Source: an uncultured Actinomycetes bacterium (GTDB lineage: Bacteria; Actinomycetota; UBA4738; HRBIN12). From it: a stretch of DNA of 64,000 bases. The stretch spans positions 286,977 through 350,976 of the forward strand of contig CAVTIC010000006.1 of assembly GCA_963734685.1 (NCBI GenBank), given 5' to 3'. The notes under the pieces were generated by a model, which saw nothing but the letters and a program-made list of their open reading frames with translations, did not search any database and had not been told where the DNA came from. A program made the position numbers and the translations under genes. Shown piece after piece: positions 38,072 to 48,935 of the stretch; the stretch's first letter is position 1; each line of letters opens with the position of its first letter.

Positions 38072-40666
38072 ATGAGCGTGCCGGAGAAGCCGTCGCTCGA
38101 CGGCTTGGAAGCGAAGTGGGACGAGTGGTGGGAGGCCGCCGGCACGTACCGGTTCGACCGCACGAAGACGCGGGACGAGATCTACGCGATCGACACCCCA
38201 CCGCCGACGGCGAGCGGGTCGCTGCACATCGGCCATGTGATGTCGTACACGCACACCGACCTGGTGGCGCGATACCGGCGCATGCGGGGCGACGAGGTCT
38301 TCTACCCGATGGGGTGGGACGACAACGGTCTGCCCACGGAACGCCGGGTGCAGAACTACTTCGGCGTGCGGTGTGACCCGTCGCTCCCGTTCGACCCGGC
38401 GTTCGACGTCTCCCGCCTCGAACGGCCCGACGACGGACCCGTCGCGGTGAGCCGTCCCAACTTCATCGACCTGTGCGCGCGACTCACCGCCGAGGACGAG
38501 AAGGCGTTCGAGGCGCTCTTCCGGCGCCTGGGTCTCTCGGTCGACTGGACCCAGACCTACACGACGATCGGGGAGGTCTCCCGACGGGCGTCGCAACGGG
38601 CGTTCCTGCGACTCGCACGCATGGGCCTGGCCTACACGGCCGAGGCGCCCACGATGTGGGACGTCGACTTCCGCACCGCGGTGGCCCAGGCGGAGATCGA
38701 GGACCGCGAGATCCAGGGAACGTACCAGCGCGTGGCGTTCGATCTCGAGGACGGCAGCGGACGCATCGAGGTCGAGACGTCGAGGCCGGAGCTGATCCCG
38801 GCGTGCGTCGCGCTCGTCGTGAACCCCGACGACGAGCGGTACGCACCACTCGTCGGGAAGACCGCCCTCACGCCGGTGTTCCGCGTGCCGGTGCCCGTGG
38901 TCATGCACGAGCTCGCCGATCCCGAGAAGGGGACCGGCGCCGCCCAGATCTGCACGTTCGGGGACGTGACCGACGTCGTGTGGTGGCGCGACCTCGGGCT
39001 GCCGGCACGGGTGGTCGTGCGCCGCGACGGCACGCTCGCGGCCGGCAGGTTCGGCGAGCCGGGTTGGGACTCGCGCGATCCCGAGGCCGCGAACGCCGCG
39101 ATGGCCCAGCTCGAGGGCAAAGCCGCCAAGCAGGCGAGGAAGCAGATCGTCGAACTCCTCCGTGAGGGGGGCTGGCTCGTCGGCGAGCCGGAGCCCGTGC
39201 AGCACGTCGTGAAGTTCTACGAGAAGGGGGACCGTCCGCTCGAGGTGATCTCGAGCCGCCAGTGGTTCGTGAAGACGCTCGAGTTCAAGGACCCGTTGCT
39301 CGAGCGCGGCCGGCAGATCTCGTGGCACCCCGAGTTCATGGGTTCGCGCTACGCGACATGGGTGGAGGGGCTCAACCAGGACTGGGCCGTCAGCCGTCAG
39401 CGCTACTTCGGCGTGCCGTTCCCGGTGTGGTTCCCGCTCGACGACGCCGGCGAGCCCGTCTACGACGCCCCGCTGTTCCCCGACGAAGCCACGCTCCCGG
39501 TCGACCCGCAGGACGACGTCCCGCCCGGCTTCACCGCCGGCCAGAGGAGCCAGCCGGGTGGGTTCGTCGGCGACCCCGACGTGATGGACACCTGGGCGAC
39601 GTCGTCGCTGTCGCCGCAGATCGCCGCCCGGTGGGAGGACGACCCCGACCTGTTCGAGCGGTTGTTCCCGATGGACCTGCGGCCACAGGCCCACGACATC
39701 ATCCGCACGTGGCTGTTCTACACGGTGCTCCGCGCCCATCTCGAGCATGACTCGCTCCCGTGGATGAACGCGGCGATCAGCGGTTTCGTGCTCGATCCCG
39801 ATCGCAAGAAGATGTCGAAGTCCAAGGGGAACGTCGTCGTGCCGACCGAGGTGTTCGAGAAGCATTCGGCCGACGCCGTGCGCTACTGGGCGGCGAGCGC
39901 TCGCCTCGGCTACGACGCGGCCATCGACGACCAGCAGATGAAGGTCGGCCGCCGTCTCGCGATCAAGATCCTGAACGCTTCCCGGTTCGTGCTCTCGATG
40001 GACGCCGCCCCCGGCGACATCACCGCCCCGGTGGATCGCTCGATGCTGTGTTCCTTGGCCTCGGTGGTCGGCGCGGCGACCGACGCGCTCGACGCCTACG
40101 AGCACGCCAGGGCGCTCGACGTCGTGGAACGGTTCTTCTGGGGCTTCACCGACGACTACCTGGAACTCGTCAAGCAGCGGGCCTACGGCACGCACGGCTC
40201 CGCTGCAGCCGGGTCGGCGATCGCTGCCCTGCGCACCGCGATGGACCTGCTGTTGCGGCTGTTCGCACCGTTCCTCCCGTACGTCACCGAGGAGGTCTGG
40301 TCGTGGTGGCGCGAGGGATCGGTACACCGCGCGCCGTGGCCGACGGCGCGGGAGGGCGCCGATGCGGCAGGTCCAGACGCCGACCCCGCGGTCTACGAGG
40401 TGGCCGCGGCCGTGCTCTCGGCCGTGCGCAAGGAGAAGGCGCTCGCGAAGGTCTCGCTCAAGACACCGGTCGATTCGGTCAGCGTGCACGACACCCAGGA
40501 CCGGCTCCGGCTGCTGAGTCAGGCCTCGGCCGACCTGCGCGAGGCCGGCAACATCCGCGTGATCGACCAGGCCGAGGCCGACACGTTCTCGGTCGACACG
40601 GTGCTCGCCGGCCCCGGATCACCTGCGCCCGGATCGTCCACGCCCGATCAGCCCGAGACGGCCTGA
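38072..40666 (+). CDS. valS: valine--tRNA ligase
   Basis: MSVPEKPSLDGLEAKWDEWW..., the HIGH motif (PTASGSLHIGH) and the KMSKS motif (KKMSKSKGN) are present. ORF 37769..40666 was trimmed to ATG 38072. Confidence 0.95.
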   Translation: MSVPEKPSLDGLEAKWDEWWEAAGTYRFDRTKTRDEIYAIDTPPPTASGSLHIGHVMSYTHTDLVARYRRMRGDEVFYPMGWDDNGLPTERRVQNYFGVRCDPSLPFDPAFDVSRLERPDDGPVAVSRPNFIDLCARLTAEDEKAFEALFRRLGLSVDWTQTYTTIGEVSRRASQRAFLRLARMGLAYTAEAPTMWDVDFRTAVAQAEIEDREIQGTYQRVAFDLEDGSGRIEVETSRPELIPACVALVVNPDDERYAPLVGKTALTPVFRVPVPVVMHELADPEKGTGAAQICTFGDVTDVVWWRDLGLPARVVVRRDGTLAAGRFGEPGWDSRDPEAANAAMAQLEGKAAKQARKQIVELLREGGWLVGEPEPVQHVVKFYEKGDRPLEVISSRQWFVKTLEFKDPLLERGRQISWHPEFMGSRYATWVEGLNQDWAVSRQRYFGVPFPVWFPLDDAGEPVYDAPLFPDEATLPVDPQDDVPPGFTAGQRSQPGGFVGDPDVMDTWATSSLSPQIAARWEDDPDLFERLFPMDLRPQAHDIIRTWLFYTVLRAHLEHDSLPWMNAAISGFVLDPDRKKMSKSKGNVVVPTEVFEKHSADAVRYWAASARLGYDAAIDDQQMKVGRRLAIKILNASRFVLSMDAAPGDITAPVDRSMLCSLASVVGAATDALDAYEHARALDVVERFFWGFTDDYLELVKQRAYGTHGSAAAGSAIAALRTAMDLLLRLFAPFLPYVTEEVWSWWREGSVHRAPWPTAREGADAAGPDADPAVYEVAAAVLSAVRKEKALAKVSLKTPVDSVSVHDTQDRLRLLSQASADLREAGNIRVIDQAEADTFSVDTVLAGPGSPAPGSSTPDQPETA

Positions 40667-40675
40667 CCCGCCGCG

Positions 40676-41962
40676 ATGGACTTCGCCGCGGCGCTCGCCG
40701 AGCTGGACTCACGCAGGGAATCTCGCATGATCCCCGATCTCTCGCGCATCCTCGCGCTGGCGACCTATCTCGACGATCCGCAGCTCGTCTATCCGACGAT
40801 CCACGTGACCGGTACGAACGGGAAGGGCACCGCGGCCCGGGTCACGACCGAGATCACGTGTGCGCACGGCATCGCGACGGGGCTGTACACCTCGCCGCAC
40901 CTCGAGTCGGTCACCGAGCGGCTCTCGGTGTGCGGCGAAGACATCGGCGAAGGGGAGTTCGCCGAGGAGTTCACCCGCCTGCACCCGTACCTCGAGCTCG
41001 TCGACGACCAGTCCGAAGAGCGCGTCACGTACTTCGAGGCGCTCACCGCGCTCGCGTACCTGTGGTTCGCCGACAGGCCCGTCGGGTTGGGCGTGTTCGA
41101 GGTGGGGATGGGAGGCACGTGGGACGCCACGAACCTCGTGGAGGGTGACGTCGCCGTGGTCACTCCGATCGGGCTCGATCATCCGGAGCTCGGTTCGACA
41201 CTGACCGAGGTCGCCGGCGAGAAGGCAGGCATCATCAAGGAAGGCAAGGTGGCGGTCGTCCGGGAGCAGGACGCCGAGGCGCTCACCGTGCTCGAGGAAC
41301 GGTGCGCCAAGGTCGGCGCATCGATGCTGCTCGAGTTCCGTGACTGGGAGGTCGAGGAGCGGCTGCTCGCGATCGGCGGACAGGCCTTCGCGGTGCGGGG
41401 ACGGTACGCGACCTACGACGAACTGTTCCTCCCGCTGTTCGGCGAGCATGCGGTGCACAACGCCGCAGCGGCGATCGTCGCCTGCGAGTCGCTGTTCGAG
41501 GAGGCGCTCGACGCAGATCCTCTCCGCGAAGCGCTCGCGAGCCTGCGGTGGCCGGGCAGGCTCGAGGTGGCCCAGCGCCGCCCGGCGATCGTGCTCGACG
41601 GAGCGCACAACCCCGCCGGCGCAGAGGCGTTGGCCACCGCGCTCCGCGAGTTCTTCACCTGGGAACGGCTGCACCTGGTGGTCTCGATCAGCGCGAACAA
41701 GGACGTGGCCGGCATCGCGCGGTCGCTCGCGCCGCTCGCCGACGCCGCCTACGCCGCCCGGAACGAGAGCGATCGGACCGGCGATGCACTGTCGATCGCG
41801 GACGCGTTCGGCGCCGAGGGCAAGCCCGTCTCGCTGCATCCCTCGATCGCCGAGGCGCTCGAGGCGGCGCGCTCGGCGGCCGGGGAGGACGACCTCATCT
41901 GCGTGACAGGCTCTCTGTACACTGTCGCCGATGCCCGCCGAGCGCTCGGCATCGCCACCTGA
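40676..41962 (+). CDS. folC: bifunctional folylpolyglutamate synthase/dihydrofolate synthase
   Basis: Blocks are the P-loop [16 protein letters not shown] and GLDHPELG. Confidence 0.9.
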   Translation: MDFAAALAELDSRRESRMIPDLSRILALATYLDDPQLVYPTIHVTGTNGKGTAARVTTEITCAHGIATGLYTSPHLESVTERLSVCGEDIGEGEFAEEFTRLHPYLELVDDQSEERVTYFEALTALAYLWFADRPVGLGVFEVGMGGTWDATNLVEGDVAVVTPIGLDHPELGSTLTEVAGEKAGIIKEGKVAVVREQDAEALTVLEERCAKVGASMLLEFRDWEVEERLLAIGGQAFAVRGRYATYDELFLPLFGEHAVHNAAAAIVACESLFEEALDADPLREALASLRWPGRLEVAQRRPAIVLDGAHNPAGAEALATALREFFTWERLHLVVSISANKDVAGIARSLAPLADAAYAARNESDRTGDALSIADAFGAEGKPVSLHPSIAEALEAARSAAGEDDLICVTGSLYTVADARRALGIAT

Positions 41963-41993
41963 GCGGCCCTCCGAGGAGACCCGACGAGACGAC

Positions 41994-42401
41994 ATGGCGA
42001 CCGAATCCACCTTGTTGATCGTGAAGCCCGACGGCGTGCAGCGAGGCCTCGTGGGCGAGGTGCTTCGCCGTGTCGAGAACAAGGGTCTCTCGATCGACGA
42101 GATGCGGCTGTTCACGATCGCGCGCGAGACGGCCGAGCGGCACTACGGGGAGCACCGCGAGAAGCCCTTCTTCGGTGAGCTCGTCGAGTTCATCACGAGC
42201 GGTCCGGTCGTGGTCGCGAAGGTGACCGGTCCGGACGCGATCGCGTGCTGGCGCACGCTGATGGGCCCAACGAACCCGGTCGACGCCCCCCCGGGGTCGA
42301 TCCGCGGCGACTTCGCCACCCAGATCGGCGAGAACATCGTGCACGGCAGCGATTCTCCTGATTCTGCCGAGCGCGAGCTGGCGCTGTTCTTCGGGTCGTA
42401 G
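41994..42401 (+). CDS. ndk: nucleoside-diphosphate kinase
   Basis: Blocks are [22 protein letters not shown] and NIVHGSDS (active-site His). Confidence 0.95.
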   Translation: MATESTLLIVKPDGVQRGLVGEVLRRVENKGLSIDEMRLFTIARETAERHYGEHREKPFFGELVEFITSGPVVVAKVTGPDAIACWRTLMGPTNPVDAPPGSIRGDFATQIGENIVHGSDSPDSAERELALFFGS

Positions 42402-42408
42402 CCGAGCG

Positions 42409-44064
42409 ATGGCCGGGCTGCAGGAGGCCTTCGACCGTATCGGCGCGGCACTCGAGCACCATCTCGAGTCGTCCCATGCGGCCGGCGCCGCGCTGGCGAT
42501 CACCGACCGCGAGGAGATCCTGGGCGTCGCGGTCCGCGGCCTCGCCGATGTCGCGGCCGGCACGCCGGTTCGACCGGAGACCCGGTTCCAGATCGGCTCG
42601 ATCTCGAAGTCGTTCGCCGGCATCGTGGCCCTGCAGGAGGCGGAAGCGGGCACGCTCGACCTGCACGTGAGCGTCAACGAGATCCTCCCGTGGCTCGAAC
42701 TGCCGGAGCCGTTCGGGCCGATCACGCTGCATCACCTGATGCAGCACACGGCGGGGCTCGCGATCGGCACCGAGGCTGCCCCGACGCTCGCGGGAGCGCT
42801 GTGGCTCCTGCGCGGCCTTCCGCCGACGACCGCCCCCGGTGAACGGTTCTGGTATTCGAACGACGGGTGGAAGATCGTCGGTGCCTGCCTCGAGCATGTG
42901 ACCGGCACGCCGATCCACGAGCTGCTCGCCGACCGGCTCTTCGGCCCGCTCGGCATGCGCGACTCGGTGGCCCGCATCGTCGACGACGAATACGAGCGCA
43001 CGGCGGTCGGCTACGAGCCCACGCGTTGGGATCGTCCGCCGCAGCTCCGGCACACCTTGTCCGCGGCGCACCGCATCGTCTCGAACACGGCCGACGGCTC
43101 GATCGTCTCGACCGTGATCGACATGGCTGCCTACGCGCGCCTGCTGCTGGCGCGCGGCGACGTGCCCGATGGCCGCAGGGGTCGCATCGTCTCGGAACCG
43201 GGGTTCGCGATGCTTGCCGACGACGGGTTCGATGACGGCCACGGCGCGCCGTACGCGTACGGCCTCTGGCAGGAAGACGTCGACGGCCACCGCTGGATCG
43301 CGCACTCGGGCGGCATGGTCGGGTACACGGGGCTGCTGGCCGTCTCGCCCGACGACGACCTCGGTCTCGTGGTGCTGCAGAACGGCGGCGGCGACGAACG
43401 CGCGGTCGCGACCTATGCTCTCGCCGCTGTTCGAACGAACCTCGCCGGCGGCGACCTCCCCGAGGTCTGGGCTCCGCCGGCGCCGACCCAGATCCCCGCG
43501 GCCCAGGACTACGTGGGTCGCTACGACGGCGACGACGGGCGGATCCTCGAGGTCGAGGCCGTCGCGGACGGGCTCGGCATCACGATGGGCTCGCTCGCGG
43601 TGCGGCTGGAACGCGACCCGCTGGCTGGTGAGGTCGGCGACGCGTTCCTCGTCGCGCACGAGGCACTCGATCGGTTCCCGCTCGAGTTCGCTCGCGACGA
43701 CGATGGGAGGGTCGTCGAGGTCTTCCACGGGCCGACGTGGTTCCGCGGTGAGGGCTACACCGGAGCGGAACCGGACGAGCTTCCCGAGGAGTTCGATGGG
43801 TTCCCCGGCTTCTACCGGAACCACGATCCGTGGGCGCCCGTGATCCGCATCCTCGCCCGCAAGGGTGGGCTCGTGCTGCAGTGGCCATACGAGGTCGGTG
43901 ACGGGCGCACGGCCGGGCGGCTGATCCCACTTGACGACGGTTCGTTCGCCGTCGGCGACGAGCGCGACCCCCGACGTGTGCGCTTCGAGGGGATGACCTT
44001 CGGCGGCAAGGCTCCGGTCGCCGTGTACAACGGTGGCCGCTGGTACCGCTCGTTCGAGGAGTGA
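42409..44064 (+). CDS. serine hydrolase, beta-lactamase/PBP4*-like family
   Basis: The SxxK motif is FQIGSISKSF and the YxN motif is WYSNDGW. The protein has a long C-terminal extension domain. Confidence 0.8.
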   Translation: MAGLQEAFDRIGAALEHHLESSHAAGAALAITDREEILGVAVRGLADVAAGTPVRPETRFQIGSISKSFAGIVALQEAEAGTLDLHVSVNEILPWLELPEPFGPITLHHLMQHTAGLAIGTEAAPTLAGALWLLRGLPPTTAPGERFWYSNDGWKIVGACLEHVTGTPIHELLADRLFGPLGMRDSVARIVDDEYERTAVGYEPTRWDRPPQLRHTLSAAHRIVSNTADGSIVSTVIDMAAYARLLLARGDVPDGRRGRIVSEPGFAMLADDGFDDGHGAPYAYGLWQEDVDGHRWIAHSGGMVGYTGLLAVSPDDDLGLVVLQNGGGDERAVATYALAAVRTNLAGGDLPEVWAPPAPTQIPAAQDYVGRYDGDDGRILEVEAVADGLGITMGSLAVRLERDPLAGEVGDAFLVAHEALDRFPLEFARDDDGRVVEVFHGPTWFRGEGYTGAEPDELPEEFDGFPGFYRNHDPWAPVIRILARKGGLVLQWPYEVGDGRTAGRLIPLDDGSFAVGDERDPRRVRFEGMTFGGKAPVAVYNGGRWYRSFEE

Positions 44065-44086
44065 TCCGCGCGCGGGCGATCGGGCG

Positions 44087-44587
44087 CTAGGGCTCGATCG
44101 AGACCAGGCCCGCCTGCTCACCGTAGTCCCACACATCGATCGCGGGAGGGGCGATCCCGAGCGACGTGAGCGCCGTGCAGATCTGGCTTCGATGGTCGGT
44201 GCCGTGGTGGACGACCTGGGCCAGCCGGATGTCGAGCGTCGCGTGGAGGTGCTCTCCGTTCCTTCGTTCGGAGACGATGGCGGCGTCGGGGTCGGTGATG
44301 GTGTCGAGCGATCGCTCCCAGCCCGGTCCGGCCTCCTCCGCGACGGCGCGGAGCTCGACTAACCCCATCGCCCCGTCGTCCACGCGCCCTCGGCCCTCGC
44401 TGCCACCGCTGATCGCGAACAGGTACCAGGTGTCGGACGCCACGAGATGCCGCAGCGTCTCGAGGATGCCGCCGAAGGTGCCGACCACCGGTGTCGAGAG
44501 CTGGTCGTCTGTCAGCCCCTCGCATGCGTCCAGCACGCGGAGCGTGGCCCAGTGGTGATGGCGGAAGACCGCCCGCTCGAACGTCAT
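44087..44587 (-). CDS. DinB family protein
   Basis: FRHHHWATLRVLDAC...LRHLVASDTWY...VVHHGTDHRSQ matches the DinB His triad pattern. The start ATG overlaps the fabF stop (ATGA). Confidence 0.75.
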   Translation of the reverse strand: MTFERAVFRHHHWATLRVLDACEGLTDDQLSTPVVGTFGGILETLRHLVASDTWYLFAISGGSEGRGRVDDGAMGLVELRAVAEEAGPGWERSLDTITDPDAAIVSERRNGEHLHATLDIRLAQVVHHGTDHRSQICTALTSLGIAPPAIDVWDYGEQAGLVSIEP

Positions 44588-45822
44588 CGCTCGATCGCGC
44601 GGAACGCGATCGTTGCGTTCGCGCCACCGAACCCGAACGAGTTCGACAGCGCGAGCGTGACGTCGAGCTCACGCGATCGGTTCGGGGTGACGTCGAGGTC
44701 ACAGTCCGGGTCGGGGTGCACGTAGTGGATCGTCGGAGGGATCGTGCCACGGGCGATCGCGAGCGCACACGCCGCACCTTCGACGGCGCCTGCGGCGCCC
44801 AGCATGTGTCCGGTCATCGACTTCGTGGATGACACCGCGACCGAGTGCGCGTGGTCGCTCAGGACGGTCTTGATCGCGGCGGTCTCGGCCGCGTCGTTCA
44901 GCGGGGTCGAGGTGCCGTGCGCGTTCACGTAATCGACCGCGGAAGGGTCCTCTCCGGCATCTGCCAACGCCCACGTCATCGCGAGCGCGGCTCCCGATCC
45001 CTTCGGATCGGGTGCGGTGATGTGGTGGGCGTCATCGCTCGCGCCATAGCCGGCGACCTCGCAGTAGACGCGGGCGCCCCGGGCCCGTGCGTGCTCCTCG
45101 CTCTCGAGGATCAGCGCGCACCCACCCTCGGACAGCACGAATCCGTTGCGCTCGGCGTCGAACGGTCGCGAGGCGGTCTCGGGATCGGGGTTCTTCGTGA
45201 GCGCGGTCATCTGTGCGAACGCCGCGACCGTGAGGGGGATCGTGGCCGCCTCGGATCCCCCGGCGATCGCGAGGTCGGAGTAGCCGTCACGGATCAGGCG
45301 CATCGCCTCACCGATCGCGTGGTTCGACGACGAGCACGCCGACACCGTGCAGTAGTTCGGTCCGGTCAGTCCGAAGTGCATCGCGATGTGGCCGCCCGCA
45401 GCGTTCGCCATGAGCATCGGCACCATGAACGGCGACACGCGTCCGGCTCCCTTCTCCCGCAGCACGTCGTGCTGGTTGAGCAGGGTCTGCACACCGCCGA
45501 TGCCGGTGGCGTAGATCACCGCGCCTCGCTCCGAACGGACCTCCGGGTTGCCGGCGTCGGCCCACGCGAGCTTGGCGCTCGCGATCGCGTACTGCGCGAA
45601 CGGGTCGGTTCGTCGAGCTTCCTTGGGATCGAGGTGATCGGCGACGACGAAGTCGACCGGATAGCCGGCCACGGATACCGGGAGGTCGGAGGTATCGAAG
45701 GCCTCGATCGAGCGGACGCCGTTGCGCCCGCTCGTCAGCCCGTCCCAGAACGTGTCGACCCCGGTGCCGACCGGCGTGACCGGCCCGATGCCGGTGATCA
45801 CGACCCTGGTTCGTTCGCTCAC
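44584..45822 (-). CDS. fabF: beta-ketoacyl-ACP synthase II
   Basis: The active-site blocks are TVSACSSS (Cys), NAHGTSTP and GHMLGAAG. It has a GTG start. Confidence 0.93.
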   Translation of the reverse strand: MSERTRVVITGIGPVTPVGTGVDTFWDGLTSGRNGVRSIEAFDTSDLPVSVAGYPVDFVVADHLDPKEARRTDPFAQYAIASAKLAWADAGNPEVRSERGAVIYATGIGGVQTLLNQHDVLREKGAGRVSPFMVPMLMANAAGGHIAMHFGLTGPNYCTVSACSSSNHAIGEAMRLIRDGYSDLAIAGGSEAATIPLTVAAFAQMTALTKNPDPETASRPFDAERNGFVLSEGGCALILESEEHARARGARVYCEVAGYGASDDAHHITAPDPKGSGAALAMTWALADAGEDPSAVDYVNAHGTSTPLNDAAETAAIKTVLSDHAHSVAVSSTKSMTGHMLGAAGAVEGAACALAIARGTIPPTIHYVHPDPDCDLDVTPNRSRELDVTLALSNSFGFGGANATIAFRAIER

Positions 45823-45864
45823 GGGGGAGCAGCTCCCTGTTCGTCTGGTCCGAGCAGGCTCGGC

Positions 45865-46116
45865 TCAGGACACGCCCAGCTTGGTCGCGACCATGTCGAC
45901 TGCCTGGCCGACGGTCTTCACCGATTCCATCTCTTCCTCGGGGATCTCGATGCTCCACTCTTCCTCGAGCGCGAGCACGGCCTCGACGAGGTCGAGCGAG
46001 TCGGCGTTCAGGTCCTCGGCGAAGCGCGCGTCGGGCACCACCTGGGCCTCGTCGACGGCGAGCTGCTCCGCGAGCACCTTCTTCACCCTGGTTTCGATCT
46101 CCGAACGGTCGGTCAT
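45865..46116 (-). CDS. acpP: acyl carrier protein
   Basis: DLNADSLDLVE contains the phosphopantetheine attachment Ser (DSL). ORF 45865..46152 was trimmed to ATG 46116. Confidence 0.92.
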   Translation of the reverse strand: MTDRSEIETRVKKVLAEQLAVDEAQVVPDARFAEDLNADSLDLVEAVLALEEEWSIEIPEEEMESVKTVGQAVDMVATKLGVS

Positions 46117-46183
46117 GTCGTCTTCCCCTCCTGTGCCTTCCGGTCCGCCCAAGGCTAGCGGGCGGAGCGCCCTCGCGCCCGCC

Positions 46184-46921
46184 TCAGGCGGTCAGCCCTC
46201 CGTCGACCGGGATCACGGCGCCGTTCACGTACGACGCATCGTCCGACATCAGGAACCGCACGACCGCCGAGACCTCCTCGAGGTGGGCGGTGCGCCCGAG
46301 GGGCGTCTGCTCGACGTAGAAGGCGCGGGCGCGATCGTCGAGGTGCGATGTCATCTCGGTGTCGACGAGGCCGGGGCAGATCGCGTTCACCGTGACGCCT
46401 TTCGTCGCGATCTCGCGGGCAAGCGACTTCGTGAGACCGATCAGCGCCGTCTTCGATGCGGCGTAGACGGTCTGGCCCGCGTTGCCGCGCAGGGCCACCG
46501 CGCTCGAGACGTTCACGATGCGGCCCCACTTCTCGCGCAGCATGCCGCGCATCGCGGCCTGAGCGCACAGGAACGCGCCCTTGACGTTGGTGTCCATGAC
46601 CTTGTCGTAGGTCTCCATCGAGTACTTCAGCAGCAGCCCGTCCTGACTGAATCCGGCGTTGTTCACGAGACCCGTGACGTTGCCCGCCTCCTCGGCGACC
46701 CTGCGGAACGCCTCGGCGACGCTCGTCTCGTCGGTCGTGTCGAGGAAGACGGTGAGCCCCGGGGTACCGGCCGTCTCGAGGGCGCTCAGCACGTGCTTGG
46801 CGGCAGCCTCGTCGCTGCGGTAGCCGACGGCGACCGTCCACCCGGCCTCGGCGAGCGCGACCGAGCATGCGCGGCCGATACCGCGCGAGGCGCCCGTGAC
46901 GACGGCGACCTTCGACCTCAT
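46184..46921 (-). CDS. fabG: 3-oxoacyl-ACP reductase
   Basis: Blocks are VAVVTGASRGIG, NNAG and YAASKTAL (SDR catalytic YxxxK). The ATG overlaps the fabH stop (ATGA). Confidence 0.9.
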   Translation of the reverse strand: MRSKVAVVTGASRGIGRACSVALAEAGWTVAVGYRSDEAAAKHVLSALETAGTPGLTVFLDTTDETSVAEAFRRVAEEAGNVTGLVNNAGFSQDGLLLKYSMETYDKVMDTNVKGAFLCAQAAMRGMLREKWGRIVNVSSAVALRGNAGQTVYAASKTALIGLTKSLAREIATKGVTVNAICPGLVDTEMTSHLDDRARAFYVEQTPLGRTAHLEEVSAVVRFLMSDDASYVNGAVIPVDGGLTA

Positions 46922-47952
46922 GTCGGGGTTCCCGCCGACGTTCCCGCCATCGCCGGGATCGTCCAACGCACCAGCGTCGCACCCCAGGTGAGTCCTGCGC
47001 CGAAGGAGGTGAACAGCACGAGGTCACCCTCGCCGATCCGACCCGCGCGCCATGCACGGTCGAGCGCGACCGGGATCGACGCAGCCGATGTGTTGCCGAC
47101 CTCCGCGACGTCGACGATCGCCTTACTCGGATCGATGCCGAGCCTGTCCACGACGGCGCTCATGATGCGGGCGTTCGCCTGGTGGGGGATCAGCACGTCG
47201 ACGTCGTCGATCGTGTGCCCGGACTTCTCGAGCAGCTCGCGGCAGGCCGAGGCCATCTCGGTCACGGCCCGCTTGAAGACCTCGCGCCCGTTCGGCATGC
47301 GCACGGTGTGGTCGCGGGCCGCGATGGTCTCGGCGGATGCCGGCGTGCGCGTCCCTCCGGCGGGCATCCAGAGGATCTCGGCGGCGTTGCCGTCGGCGCC
47401 GAGGATCGAACCCTCGATGCCCGGCACCTCTGACGCGGAAACGACCGCCGCGCCGGCGCCGTCGCCGAAGAGGATGCACGTGCCGCGGTCGGTGTAGTCC
47501 ATGATCCGGCTGAAGATCTCCGCACCGACCAGCAGGATCGTGTCGGCCATGCCTGCCGTGACGAACGCCGTGGCTGCCGACAGGCCGTAGCTGAACCCCG
47601 AGCATGCCGCGTTGATGTCGAACGACGGGCACGACACCCCGAGCTTCTGCTGCACCCACACGGCGGTGGCGGGGAACACCGTGTCGCCGGTGATCGTGGC
47701 GATCACGATCATGTCGAGCTGCTGGGGCGAGATCCCGGCCGTGTCGAGCGCTCCCCTCGCCGCGCCGACCGCCAGATCGGAGGTCTGCACGTGATCGTCG
47801 GCGAAATGCCGTGCCTCGATCCCCGTGCGGTCGCGGATCCACTCGTCGTTCGTCTCGAGGAACGACTCGAACCACGTGTTGGGCACGAGGCGCGGCGGGA
47901 GCGAGCTGCCCACGCCGGAGATGGTGGCGTGTCGGGTCACGGCGCCGAGCAT
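46918..47952 (-). CDS. fabH: beta-ketoacyl-ACP synthase III
   Basis: Blocks are DINAACSGF (active-site Cys), IPHQAN and GNTSAASIP. Confidence 0.92.
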   Translation of the reverse strand: MLGAVTRHATISGVGSSLPPRLVPNTWFESFLETNDEWIRDRTGIEARHFADDHVQTSDLAVGAARGALDTAGISPQQLDMIVIATITGDTVFPATAVWVQQKLGVSCPSFDINAACSGFSYGLSAATAFVTAGMADTILLVGAEIFSRIMDYTDRGTCILFGDGAGAAVVSASEVPGIEGSILGADGNAAEILWMPAGGTRTPASAETIAARDHTVRMPNGREVFKRAVTEMASACRELLEKSGHTIDDVDVLIPHQANARIMSAVVDRLGIDPSKAIVDVAEVGNTSAASIPVALDRAWRAGRIGEGDLVLFTSFGAGLTWGATLVRWTIPAMAGTSAGTPT

Positions 47953-47994
47953 ATCGGACGAGGGTTCCGCCGGCGGGCACCGGGGCTCCCCGTG

Positions 47995-48927
47995 TCACAT
48001 CTCGGCGGAGCTGAACCCAGCGAGCGCCTCGCGGGCGGCCTCGGGCGAACCGACGGCGATGGCGGTGGCCGCCGGCACCACGCGCTTGGCCATCTTCGTG
48101 AGCACGTCGCCCGGCCCGCATTCAAGGAAGGTGGTGGCCCCGGCGGCCTCGAGCGCCTCGGCATCGTCCTGCCAGCGGACGGGGGACACGACGTGGCGGC
48201 CCACCAGGTCGCGGAGCTCGTGCGGGTCGGACACGAGCGTGCCGCTCACGTTCTCCGCGATCGGGAACGCGGGCGCCGAGAACTCCAGCCGGGCGACCTC
48301 GTCGAGGATCGGCTGCACGGCTGGTTCCATCAGAGGAGAGTGGAACGCTCCGGCGACGTTCAGCCGCACGGCGCGGACCCTCCGCTCTGCGGCCAGCGCC
48401 TCGGCTCGCTCGATCGCCGCGACCGAACCGCTGATCACCGATTGCACCGGGGAATTGCGGTTCGCGACCAGGAGCACGTCGTCCCCCCTGGCTTCGTCGC
48501 AGAGCATCTCGGCGTCGTCGGGCCCGGTTCCGAGCAGCGCGGTCATCGTGCCGGGTCGGGCCTCCCCGGCGCGCTGCATCGCCTCCCCGCGCACGACCAC
48601 CAGGCGCAGCGCCCCCGCGAGCGGCAGCACGCCCGCCGCGACCAGCGCCGAGAACTCGCCGAGCGAGTGCCCCGCCGCACCCACCACGCGCGTCAGGCCC
48701 TCTGCCTCGAGGACCCGGAACGCCGCCACGCCGCACGCGAGCAGGGCCGGCTGCACGAACTCGGTCGTGGCGAGCGCGGCCTCGTCGTGCGTTCCGGCGA
48801 CCAGATCGCGACCCATCGCCTGGCTCGCTCCGTCGAGCACCGCGCGCCCCGCGTCGTGCGTGACCCATGCGTCGGCCATGCCCGCGAACTGCGAGCCCTG
48901 CCCAGGGAACACCACCGCGACCGTCAT
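47995..48927 (-). CDS. fabD: malonyl CoA-ACP transacylase
   Basis: Blocks are FPGQGSQ, GHSLGE and AFHSPLM. TAGGCT lies 8 nt upstream of the ATG. Confidence 0.93.
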   Translation of the reverse strand: MTVAVVFPGQGSQFAGMADAWVTHDAGRAVLDGASQAMGRDLVAGTHDEAALATTEFVQPALLACGVAAFRVLEAEGLTRVVGAAGHSLGEFSALVAAGVLPLAGALRLVVVRGEAMQRAGEARPGTMTALLGTGPDDAEMLCDEARGDDVLLVANRNSPVQSVISGSVAAIERAEALAAERRVRAVRLNVAGAFHSPLMEPAVQPILDEVARLEFSAPAFPIAENVSGTLVSDPHELRDLVGRHVVSPVRWQDDAEALEAAGATTFLECGPGDVLTKMAKRVVPAATAIAVGSPEAAREALAGFSSAEM

Positions 48928-48935
48928 GGGCTCGC

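Noticed and set aside
38045-40489. 814-aa minus-strand ORF antisense to valS (likewise 50815..53061 antisense to mreD/mrdA, and 41895..44136 antisense to ndk and the hydrolase gene)
   Set aside because: Same reasoning. The sense strands carry HIGH/KMSKS, SxxK/KTG and NDK motifs, and the antisense products are low-complexity.
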